From positions 120,001 through 152,000 of the forward strand of contig JAUVVC010000001.1 of the NCBI GenBank assembly GCA_030604855.1: a stretch of DNA of 32,000 nucleotides, read 5' to 3'. Under the pieces are notes generated by a model, which saw only the letters and a program-made list of their open reading frames with translations, did not search any database and was not told where the DNA came from. The stretch is from Erysipelotrichaceae bacterium. Its GTDB lineage: Bacteria > Bacillota_I > Bacilli_A > Erysipelotrichales > Erysipelotrichaceae. Shown here piece after piece: positions 7,575 through 15,200 of the stretch (position 1 is the stretch's first letter; the number at the start of each line of letters is the position of its first letter). The position numbers and the translations under genes are program-made.

Positions 7575-9326
7575 ATGAAAACAATCAAATTGAACATCAA
7601 TAAGCAAGAAGTCCACGTTCAAGCAGGCTTGACAATCTTGGAAGCCTGTCGTGCGCAAGGCATCGCCATTCCGACGCTCTGTCATTTGAGTGAATGTAAA
7701 CCCAAGGGTGCCTGTCGCATCTGTGTGGTGGAGGAAGAGGGTAAACAGAATCTCATACCTTCTTGTGTGAGTGAAGTCAAGGAAGGCATGAAAATCTTGA
7801 CGCATTCCAAACGCAGTCTGGCATCGCGACGAATGAGTCTGGAACTGATTCTTTCGAACCATCGCAAAGATTGTTTGAGTTGTACACGTAACTTGAACTG
7901 TGAGCTTCAAACCTTGGCGCAGACCTTGCATGTCCGTGAGGATCGCTTCTTGGGTGAAAAGACCGAAGGACGCTACGATGACTTGGCCAATGGTTTGGTT
8001 CGCGATACCAGCAAATGCATTTTATGTGGACGTTGTGTCGATGCGTGTCTGAACATTCAAGGTTTGGGTGTCTTGACGATGATGAATCGTGGTTTTGAGA
8101 CCCGTTTGGGTCCGGTTTTGGATTTGAGTTTCAAAGATGTCAACTGCATCGAATGTGGTCAATGTGTCCTTCACTGTCCTGTTGGGGCTTTGAGTGAGAA
8201 GGAAGAGATCCACGCTGTGATCAATGCCTTGGAAGATCCCCGAAAATTTGTGATCGTCCAGACCGCGCCTGCGGTACGTGCTTCTTTGGCTGAGGAATTC
8301 GGAGCACCAATGGGCACGCGCATCACGGGTAAAATGGTTTCTGCCTTGAAACAGGTCGGTTTCGATCGTGTCTACGATACCAATGTGGCCGCGGATCTGA
8401 CGATTCTGGAAGAAGGTCATGAACTGCTCCATCGATTGGAAAACAAGGGGGTTTTGCCTTTGATCACTTCCTGCAGTCCGGGTTGGATCAATCACCTTGA
8501 AAAAGAATATGCCTCATTGATTCCACATGTCTCCTCATGCAAGAGTCCACACATGATGTTTGGGGCGATTCTAAAATCGCATTTCGCCAAGGTCAAGGGT
8601 TTGGATCCCAAGGACATCGTGGTTGTGAGCGTCATGCCTTGTACAGCTAAAAAAGGGGAGAAAGAAAGAATGACTTCCACGCATAAGGATGTGGACCATG
8701 TCTTGACGACACGGGAGTGTGGTCGTTTGATCAAACTCTATGGTTTGGATCTGATGGCGATGCAAGATGCATCCTTTGATCAAGATATGTTTGGGACCAG
8801 CTCTGGTGCCGGTGTGATCTTTGGCGTCAGTGGTGGTGTCATGGAGGCTGCGCTCAGAACCGTGGTCGAGAAATTGACAAACAAGCCTCTCGATAAACTT
8901 GAGTTCAAAGAACTGCGTATGATCAAGGACATCAAAGAAGCGGAAATCGATGTGAATGGGGCAATGGTTAAGGTCGCGGCGGTGAGCACGATGAAAGCAG
9001 CCAAGGTCATTTTGAAACAGATTCAAGACGGCACATCGCCGTATGCTTTCATTGAAATCATGGCTTGTCCTGGGGGCTGTATCAATGGGGGTGGCCAAAG
9101 CATCTATCCACGCAATCAGGATTTGAAGACGGAAGATGTGATCCGTTTAAGAGCAAAAGCTCTTTATGATGAGGACTTGGATAACAGCTTGCGAACATCG
9201 CATACCAATCCCGCTATTCTCAATCTCTATCGTGATTTCTTAGGTGAACCGGGAAGTAAAATCGCCCATCAACTCTTGCATACGCATTACAGTGCGAAAG
9301 CTGCTCTGCAACTTGAATTTGATTAA
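7575..9326 (+). CDS. hydA: [FeFe] hydrogenase catalytic subunit, M3-type architecture
   Basis: N-terminal 2Fe-2S and His-ligated cluster region, then two ferredoxin motifs (CILCGRCVDAC, CIECGQCVLHCP). H-cluster motifs: L1 variant TSCSPGW, L2 MPCTAKKGE, L3 EIMACPGGCINGGGQS. Confidence 0.9.
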   Translation: MKTIKLNINKQEVHVQAGLTILEACRAQGIAIPTLCHLSECKPKGACRICVVEEEGKQNLIPSCVSEVKEGMKILTHSKRSLASRRMSLELILSNHRKDCLSCTRNLNCELQTLAQTLHVREDRFLGEKTEGRYDDLANGLVRDTSKCILCGRCVDACLNIQGLGVLTMMNRGFETRLGPVLDLSFKDVNCIECGQCVLHCPVGALSEKEEIHAVINALEDPRKFVIVQTAPAVRASLAEEFGAPMGTRITGKMVSALKQVGFDRVYDTNVAADLTILEEGHELLHRLENKGVLPLITSCSPGWINHLEKEYASLIPHVSSCKSPHMMFGAILKSHFAKVKGLDPKDIVVVSVMPCTAKKGEKERMTSTHKDVDHVLTTRECGRLIKLYGLDLMAMQDASFDQDMFGTSSGAGVIFGVSGGVMEAALRTVVEKLTNKPLDKLEFKELRMIKDIKEAEIDVNGAMVKVAAVSTMKAAKVILKQIQDGTSPYAFIEIMACPGGCINGGGQSIYPRNQDLKTEDVIRLRAKALYDEDLDNSLRTSHTNPAILNLYRDFLGEPGSKIAHQLLHTHYSAKAALQLEFD

Positions 9327-9372
9327 GCATATGAATTGAAAGCTTGTCTGTGATTCATTACACTTTGAACAG

Positions 9373-10047
9373 ATGAAACCAAAAATCTTTGTGAAAGCAG
9401 CGATGAGCCTCGATGGTAAGATTGCGACGAAAACCGGAGATTCCCAATGGATATCCAATGAAGCCTCACGTGCCTATGTGCATGGTTTAAGAGCGGCATA
9501 CGCGGCCATTTGTGTGGGCGTTGAGACCGTGATCCAAGACGATCCTCGTTTGACCATTCGTATGAATGGGCAAGAGGATTGTCACATCCGGATGATCTTG
9601 GATTCAAAGGGACGCATTCCTTTGACCAGTACGGTCTTGAACGATGACTTTCGATCCAAAACAATCGTATTCACGACCCGACACATGCCGCAGACGGTGG
9701 AAACACAAATCTTAGAGAGAGGGGCGAAGGTCGTTCGTTTGAAAGACCTGGGTGGACGCGTCGATCTCAAGGATTGGGTTGATGCCTGTGAAGCTTTAGA
9801 TATTCCCTCCATCTACATTGAAGGGGGCGGTGAAATCATTGCCGCAAGCCTTTTAGCCGGTATCGTGGATGTCTTTGCCGTTGCGATCGCACCGATGATC
9901 ATCGGGGGTCAGGATGCCAAAGGCATCGTTGGGGGTCCTGGAATCGAGCATCTTCGTGATGCGGTTCGTTTGAAGCATCCGAAGATTCAATGGTTTGACG
10001 AGGATTTGATTTTGGAATATCAGGTTGTAAAGGAAAACAGACAATGA
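9373..10047 (+). CDS. ribD: Stand-alone RibD C-terminal-type pyrimidine reductase (no deaminase domain)
   Basis: KAAMSLDGKIATKTGDSQWISNEASRAYVHGLRAAYAAICVGVETVIQDDPRLT is the RibD reductase-domain signature. At 224 aa there is no CMP/dCMP deaminase zinc motif. Confidence 0.75.
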   Translation: MKPKIFVKAAMSLDGKIATKTGDSQWISNEASRAYVHGLRAAYAAICVGVETVIQDDPRLTIRMNGQEDCHIRMILDSKGRIPLTSTVLNDDFRSKTIVFTTRHMPQTVETQILERGAKVVRLKDLGGRVDLKDWVDACEALDIPSIYIEGGGEIIAASLLAGIVDVFAVAIAPMIIGGQDAKGIVGGPGIEHLRDAVRLKHPKIQWFDEDLILEYQVVKENRQ

Positions 10048-11240
10048 AAAATACAAGTGTAAACGATGTTTTAAAGACCTTCAGTGAAGGGGGTCTGGTT
10101 TTGATTCATGATGGCTTGGATTCAGATAATAAAGCACATTTGATCGTTTCGGCAGAGAAGATCACAGAGGAAAGCTATAAGGCCTTGAAGCGTGTCGGTC
10201 ATCTGACCATTCACGTGGCCTTGGAAGCTTCCCGTTTGATCGATCTCGGCTTCAAGGCAAGCTTTGAAGACAACAGTTACCAAGTCGTCAATACGGTCTC
10301 AGTTGATGCGAAGGATAACGAAGCAGAAAATATCCTCTTAAGTGAATTGAAGACGATTGCCAAATTGGTCGATCCCCACAGCAGTATCCTTGATTTCAAA
10401 CAACCCGGTACGGTCTTCATCACCCAAGCTGCTTATGGGGGTGTGTTGAAGCGTGCTGGCCATGTGGAAGCAGCTGTGGATGTGGCGAGACTCTCCGGTT
10501 TGAGAGCCATCGCTTTGATCAGTGAGATTGCGGATGAGGCGGGTAAACGTTTAAACAATGAAGAACTTGCGGATTTTGTATCAAAACACAAGATCCCCTG
10601 TCTAAAACTCGAAGATCTCATCCTTCATCGTCGCCAAAACGAATCCATGGTCAAACGGGCCTCTTCGGCGAAGATGCCGACGAAGCACGGCGAGTTTACG
10701 ATTGTGGGCTATGAGAACATCCTGACCAAGGAGCACCATGTGGCTTTGGTCAAAGGGGATGTGTCGAATGGGGAACCGGTTTTGATCCGTGTGCACAGTG
10801 AATGTCTGACTGGTGATGCGTTTGGATCCTTGCGTTGTGATTGTGGTCAACAGTTCGAAGCGGCGATGAAGTCGATTGAAAAAGAAGGCCGTGGCATCTT
10901 GCTTTACATGCGTCAAGAAGGGCGTGGCATTGGTCTGATCAATAAGATCCGTGCGTATAATCTCCAGGACCAAGGTTTGGATACCGTTGAGGCGAACTTG
11001 GCTTTGGGTTTTGGGGCGGACATGCGGGATTATGGCATCGGGGCTGAGATTCTTGCGGACTTGAGAGTCAAACAGTTGAAGTTGATGACCAACAATCCCC
11101 GTAAGCTGGTGGGTTTGTCGGGCTATGGCATTGAGATCGTGGAACGTGTGCCAATTCAGTTGAATCACAACGAAAAGAATGAATTGTATCTGAAGACCAA
11201 ACAAAACAAGCTCAGTCACATGCTCAAGTTTGAGGAATGA
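10044..11240 (+). CDS. ribBA: RibBA-type fusion: intact GTP cyclohydrolase II C-terminal half, divergent DHBP-synthase-like N-terminal half
   Basis: The C-terminal half has RVHSECLTGDAFGSLRCDCG, YMRQEGRGIGLINKIRAY and TNNPRK. The N-terminal half keeps GGVLKRAGHVEAAVD but not the DDEDRENEGD motif. ATGA overlap with ribD. Confidence 0.85.
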   Translation: MKNTSVNDVLKTFSEGGLVLIHDGLDSDNKAHLIVSAEKITEESYKALKRVGHLTIHVALEASRLIDLGFKASFEDNSYQVVNTVSVDAKDNEAENILLSELKTIAKLVDPHSSILDFKQPGTVFITQAAYGGVLKRAGHVEAAVDVARLSGLRAIALISEIADEAGKRLNNEELADFVSKHKIPCLKLEDLILHRRQNESMVKRASSAKMPTKHGEFTIVGYENILTKEHHVALVKGDVSNGEPVLIRVHSECLTGDAFGSLRCDCGQQFEAAMKSIEKEGRGILLYMRQEGRGIGLINKIRAYNLQDQGLDTVEANLALGFGADMRDYGIGAEILADLRVKQLKLMTNNPRKLVGLSGYGIEIVERVPIQLNHNEKNELYLKTKQNKLSHMLKFEE

Positions 11241-11241
11241 T

Positions 11242-11931
11242 ATGTGGATCTTATTGATTGCTAAGAAACATGCCCTTCGCATTCTACTTATCTTCAGTAT
11301 CTTGCTTGGCGTGGGAAGCTTTGCGTATCTGAGTGACTACAGTAAGGCGGATCCAGAGGCACGTGCCATCTTGGGCACTGAATCCATCACGTTAGAGGAT
11401 CAGGTCTATGACTTTTGGACCTCTGCGGATACGGCTTTGATCTTCTATCCGGGAGGGAAGGTGGAGGCGGAAGCCTATGCCCTTATGCTTAAAGGCATCC
11501 AGGATGCGGGCATTCGTGTCTTCTTGGTGAAGATGCCTTTCAACCTTGCGGTTTTCGATGCGAATGCGGCAAGTCAAATCATAGAGAATCATCCAGAGGT
11601 TGAACATTGGTATATCGGGGGGCATTCCTTAGGTGGAGCGATGGCGTCCCAGTTTGCCGAGAAGAACGCGGATAAGTTGGATGGATTGATCTTGTTGGCG
11701 GCGTATCCCTTGAATGATGCGATGGAAAAGGTGTTGATTCTCTCGGGTAGAGAAGATAAGGTTTTGGACCAAAGTAAACTCGATGGTTTCAATGTCCAGT
11801 GGATTGAGGGTGGAAACCATGCGAATTTTGCACACTATGGTGTTCAAAAGGGGGATGGGGAAGCTTTGATCGATAAAGATGAGCAAATAAAAATGACCCA
11901 GCAATGGATCATTGAATTCATGAATTTCTAA
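11242..11931 (+). CDS. Membrane-anchored alpha/beta hydrolase of unknown specificity
   Basis: N-terminal hydrophobic helix. Nucleophile elbow GGHSLGG. C-terminal GGNHANFAHYG. ATG 11242 with GAGGA upstream is preferred over TTG 11230. Confidence 0.65.
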   Translation: MWILLIAKKHALRILLIFSILLGVGSFAYLSDYSKADPEARAILGTESITLEDQVYDFWTSADTALIFYPGGKVEAEAYALMLKGIQDAGIRVFLVKMPFNLAVFDANAASQIIENHPEVEHWYIGGHSLGGAMASQFAEKNADKLDGLILLAAYPLNDAMEKVLILSGREDKVLDQSKLDGFNVQWIEGGNHANFAHYGVQKGDGEALIDKDEQIKMTQQWIIEFMNF

Positions 11932-11958
11932 GCAAACCGAGGTTTGCTTATTTTTTTT
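11931..11958 (+). terminator. Rho-independent terminator ending the hyd-rib-hydrolase transcription unit
   Basis: GCAAAC-cgag-GTTTGC hairpin followed by a run of 8 T. Confidence 0.65.
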
Positions 11959-12442
11959 CTAAAAGGGCTTTAAGATCAGGCTCAATGTCTCTCGGTTTGA
12001 TTTCAGGTTCATAACGTTTGATCACATTGCCGTCTTGATCCACCAAGAATTTCGTGAAGTTCCAACGGATTTTGGTGGGTAAAACATTTCGCAAGAGTTT
12101 TGATGTGGTTTCCTTACGCAAATGTTTGAAGAGGGGGCTGGCATTGGCTCCATTCACAAAGACTTTTCCGAAGGTGGTGAAACTGGTGTTGTAGTTCAAA
12201 CGACAGAAATTGGCAAGATCCTCATCACTGCCCATGGCTTGTTTGAACTGATTGGAAGGGAAATCGAGTACTTCAAAACCCTGTTCTTTGTATTTCTTAT
12301 AGAGAGCTTCCAAGCCTTCATATTGAGGAGTCAAGCCACAAGCTGTGGCGGTGTTCACGATCAAGCAGACCTTGCCTTCATAGGGTTTGAGTGAGATGGG
12401 ACGACGTTTCGTGTCGTTGACGCTGAAGTCGTAAACCTTCAT
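11948..12442 (-). CDS. gpx: Glutathione peroxidase family protein (Cys-type)
   Basis: NTATACGLTPQY active-site motif (Cys encoded by TGT), plus FPSNQF and WNFTKFLVD. Confidence 0.9.
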   Translation of the reverse strand: MKVYDFSVNDTKRRPISLKPYEGKVCLIVNTATACGLTPQYEGLEALYKKYKEQGFEVLDFPSNQFKQAMGSDEDLANFCRLNYNTSFTTFGKVFVNGANASPLFKHLRKETTSKLLRNVLPTKIRWNFTKFLVDQDGNVIKRYEPEIKPRDIEPDLKALLEKK

Positions 12443-12654
12443 TTCTTACGCTTCAGATAATTGACTTTGATCCAGTTGAAGTTGAGGAAGATGTGGACCG
12501 CAACTGTAATGACCAAAGCATAACCGGTCAAAGGATGAAAGGTGCGGAAGGTTTCATAAGGAATGAAATCCTGGAAGATGCCTGAAATCGCGATGCCGAC
12601 GAACAGAAAAGCGAGGATGAGATTCACAATCTTTAGGGCTTTATTTTTTTGCAT
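12439..12654 (-). CDS. Small two-TM membrane protein, translationally coupled to gpx
   Basis: 71 aa with two hydrophobic helices and a basic C-terminus (KRKK). Strong SD AAGGAG lies 6 nt upstream of the ATG. ATGA overlap with gpx. Confidence 0.65.
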   Translation of the reverse strand: MQKNKALKIVNLILAFLFVGIAISGIFQDFIPYETFRTFHPLTGYALVITVAVHIFLNFNWIKVNYLKRKK

Positions 12655-12678
12655 ACCATGCTCCTTTTTCTTTTATTA

Positions 12679-12705
12679 AGTGTAGCACAGTGAATTCATG
12701 TTCAA
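12679..12705 (-). promoter_or_regulatory. Candidate promoter for the small-membrane-protein/gpx operon
   Basis: On the minus strand: TTGAAC, 15-nt spacer, TGCTACACT (extended -10). It lies about 25 nt upstream of the SD. Confidence 0.4.
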
Positions 12706-12707
12706 CC

Positions 12708-12740
12708 ATCAAAATGAATCAAAATGAAAAATGTTCATTT
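12708..12740. repeat. Tandem 10-bp direct repeat plus inverted repeat between divergent promoters
   Basis: ATCAAAATGA occurs at 12708-12717 and is repeated exactly at 12718-12727. AAATGAA-N5-TTCATTT spans 12722-12740. Further TCATT copies at 12745 and 12763. Confidence 0.7.
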
Positions 12741-12748
12741 CGCTTTCA

Positions 12749-12776
12749 TTGATTTCTTACATTCATTTGATATAAT
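12749..12776 (+). promoter_or_regulatory. Candidate sigma-A promoter for the PEPCK/HprK-like gene
   Basis: TTGATT (12749-12754), 16-nt spacer, TGATATAAT (extended -10, 12768-12776). SD AGGAGA lies 6 nt before ATG 12800. Confidence 0.55.
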
Positions 12777-12799
12777 GTGAGGCATACAGGAGAACGACC

Positions 12800-14497
12800 A
12801 TGAGAGATGCGATTTACATCCATAAAAATACGGCTGTCTTAAATTTTTCGACCTTTTTTCCACTGACCAGTGAAGAATTCATTGCGTCGGATGCCTTCAA
12901 GGTCATCGCGAAGAGCTATTTGGAGAACCTACGTAAGAAGGATGAGGTCCGTTTCAATCAATTGACGAATGGACTGAGCATCGATCGTTTCATTCCCAAG
13001 ATGGTGAAGTTCTTGAAGCTTTTGCTTGTGTTGGATCTGAACGAGTTGGAGAGTGAGGATCAATCTCGATTGAAGTTCATTGGGATCATCGTTGAAGATT
13101 TCTATAACTATTGGCGTACATTACAAAGAGTATCGACCATCAAGATCTCTGCATCATCCAGTGGTCAGGTTTCCAATTTCATGGAAGCCGATACCCGTTT
13201 CAACAATCTGATCATTGCGACCTATCGTGCGTTTCAAGAAAAGATTCAAGGGTATAAAAATAAAGTCTACCGTCAACTGCAAGCCGGAACCAATGCGTCG
13301 ATGGTTCTACGCGATGTGAAATGGGCGATTCCAAAGAAGTATGAAGCGTTAAGGGGGATTCCTTTTGCCGATAGCATTCTGCTTCGAACTCCCTTGCTTT
13401 TGCATCCGGAAGGAACCAAGCGTTATGGCTCTTTTGTCTTGTCCGATCAAAATCCTTTTGATCAATTGAAATTGAATCGCCATGAATGGTTCTGTTATCC
13501 TGCTAAAGTCGGGGAGTTGTTGATACTTATTTATGTGCATTTTGATTACAGTTTCTCAGGCATCACCAATGCGAATCTCTTTGAGTTGGCCAGTCCAAAA
13601 GAAGTGCTCAATCGTAAGCCGGATGGCATCCTGCTGTTTGGTTTGGACGATAAGACTGAGGATTCGACCTATCATTACGATGGGATAAGTGATTTATGGG
13701 TCGCAAAAGTACCCTATATGACCAAGATCGAATATTACGGCTATATGAAGAAAATGGTTTTGACCATGCACAATGCGATCATGATGAAAAAAGGCTGGTT
13801 ACCGATCCATGGTTCGATGATAAACATTCATTTCAAAGGCAGAGCTCCGATCGGGGTCTTGTTTATGGGGGATTCCGGGGCAGGGAAATCGGAAACGATT
13901 GAAGCCATGCAGTTGTTGAATCATCCAGAATTGATCGATATGGACATCATCTTTGATGATATGGGTTCTTTGCACATGCATGAAGGACAAGTGGTGGCAC
14001 AGGGCAGTGAGATCGGAGCTTTCATCCGTTTGGATGATTTGGACAAGGGTTCACCGTATAAAACCATGGATCGCTCCATCTTCATGAATCCGGAAAGCGT
14101 CAATGCACGCGTCGTCATTCCCGTCAGTTCGTATCAATTGATCGTTCAGAATCATCCAGTTCATTACTTCTTCTATGCCAATAACTATGTCAATCAAGTG
14201 GGATTGCATCTGGCGAACAGTGCGGAAGAATTGAAGCAGGTGTTTGTGGAAGGTAAACGCATGGCCTTGGCTACGACCCATGAAGTGGGCTTATCGACCA
14301 CTTATTTCGCGAATCCTTTTGGACCGATGCAGGATAAAGCGTCCTGTGATCCTTTGATTGACTTCTATTTCAAGGAAATGGATCAATCCAAGGTCAAAGT
14401 CGGGGAAGTTTATACGGGTTTAGGAGTTAAAGATGCGGTGGAGGATCATTTGCGTTTGACTGCCGAAGCGCTGCTGAATACTTTGCTCGGAGCCTGA
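12800..14497 (+). CDS. Uncharacterised protein with a C-terminal PEPCK/HPr-kinase-superfamily P-loop domain
   Basis: 565 aa. LPIHGSMINIHFKGRAPIGVLFMGDSGAGKSETIEAM (P-loop at nt 13868-13894), then IIFDDMGS and GSEIGAFIRL. This follows the HprK pattern HG..(V)..G.GVL..G.SG.GKSE...(a)DD...EIRG and the PEPCK kinase-1a/kinase-2 pattern. The N-terminal ~330 aa have no motif I recognise. Confidence 0.6.
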   Translation: MRDAIYIHKNTAVLNFSTFFPLTSEEFIASDAFKVIAKSYLENLRKKDEVRFNQLTNGLSIDRFIPKMVKFLKLLLVLDLNELESEDQSRLKFIGIIVEDFYNYWRTLQRVSTIKISASSSGQVSNFMEADTRFNNLIIATYRAFQEKIQGYKNKVYRQLQAGTNASMVLRDVKWAIPKKYEALRGIPFADSILLRTPLLLHPEGTKRYGSFVLSDQNPFDQLKLNRHEWFCYPAKVGELLILIYVHFDYSFSGITNANLFELASPKEVLNRKPDGILLFGLDDKTEDSTYHYDGISDLWVAKVPYMTKIEYYGYMKKMVLTMHNAIMMKKGWLPIHGSMINIHFKGRAPIGVLFMGDSGAGKSETIEAMQLLNHPELIDMDIIFDDMGSLHMHEGQVVAQGSEIGAFIRLDDLDKGSPYKTMDRSIFMNPESVNARVVIPVSSYQLIVQNHPVHYFFYANNYVNQVGLHLANSAEELKQVFVEGKRMALATTHEVGLSTTYFANPFGPMQDKASCDPLIDFYFKEMDQSKVKVGEVYTGLGVKDAVEDHLRLTAEALLNTLLGA

Positions 14498-14498
14498 T

Positions 14499-15185
14499 AT
14501 GGAAGTATTTTACGCACGTGAAGCTGACTACATTCAATTGCTGGGATGGGAACATTTCTTTTACATGACTTTGATTCTCGTTTTGGTCTTTGTTTTGCTT
14601 ACACAGCGTCGTCGTCTCTATCTCTATCAGGATTCATTGACAAAAATCCTATTAGCCGTCTCCTTATTCCAACAAATTCTGCTTTATGCTTGGTATTTCT
14701 TTGAGACAGGCTTTGACTTAGGTGAGGCATTGCCGCTGCATCTTTGTCGCATCTCGAGTGTCTTGGGTATTGGTTATCTGATCACCAAGAAATCAATCTT
14801 GATGGATGTGGTCTTCTATTATGGGTTGTATGCCTATGCATCCTTTGTGTATCCGCAAGCCATCTATGCTCCGTATCATCTCTTGGGAATTTCGTATCTC
14901 TTGAATCATGCGATCACCTTGGTTCTTCCAATCGTAGCGTATTATGCCTTTGGATGGCGACCAAAAATCAAGGGTCTGATTCTATCCATCCTTGGTTTCC
15001 TTGTCTATTTCGTGACTGTCCTCTTTGTGAATGCATGGACACAAGGGAATTACTTCTATCTGACCAAGCGTCCATTTCTGCATGACATACCCGCCTGGCA
15101 GTTTGATGCCTTGGCCATTGTGATTACGCTCATCGGTTTTACTTTGGCGTATTGGGTCGTAAGTGGACGTAAAAAAAGCGTTTGA
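14499..15185 (+). CDS. YwaF/TP0381-family integral membrane protein (TIGR02206-like)
   Basis: 228 aa with about 7 hydrophobic segments. LPLHLCRISS and QGNYFYLTKRP resemble the family's conserved motifs. The start lies 1 nt after the upstream stop (TGATATG). Confidence 0.6.
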   Translation: MEVFYAREADYIQLLGWEHFFYMTLILVLVFVLLTQRRRLYLYQDSLTKILLAVSLFQQILLYAWYFFETGFDLGEALPLHLCRISSVLGIGYLITKKSILMDVVFYYGLYAYASFVYPQAIYAPYHLLGISYLLNHAITLVLPIVAYYAFGWRPKIKGLILSILGFLVYFVTVLFVNAWTQGNYFYLTKRPFLHDIPAWQFDALAIVITLIGFTLAYWVVSGRKKSV

Positions 15186-15200
15186 TCCTCACCAAACGCT
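15171..15200 (-). terminator. Rho-independent terminator for the minus-strand HAD gene
   Basis: Read on the minus strand: AGCGTTTG-gtgaggat-CAAACGCT followed by T7. It overlaps both convergent stop codons. Confidence 0.6.

Noticed and set aside
9327-9372. An FMN (RFN) riboswitch upstream of ribD.
   Set aside because: The gap is only 46 nt and has none of the conserved RFN helices or sequence blocks. No riboswitch-sized leader exists anywhere near the rib genes.
10602-11282. A 226-aa minus-strand ORF antisense to ribBA. There are many other long antisense ORFs, for example 8571-9098, 8022-8495, 18755-19276, 4414-4899, 5390-5809 and 7512-7931.
   Set aside because: Each lies fully inside a well-supported sense gene with clear family motifs. 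None has an SD or recognisable motifs, and their composition is Leu/Arg/His/Gln-rich. The sense genes rarely use TTA, CTA and TCA codons (TTG is preferred for Leu), so the codon-aligned antisense frame has few stops. They are shadow ORFs.
12341-12360. A possible selenocysteine (TGA) at the glutathione peroxidase active site.
   Set aside because: The active-site residue in NTATACGLTPQY is encoded by TGT (Cys). There is no in-frame TGA and no SECIS-like need.
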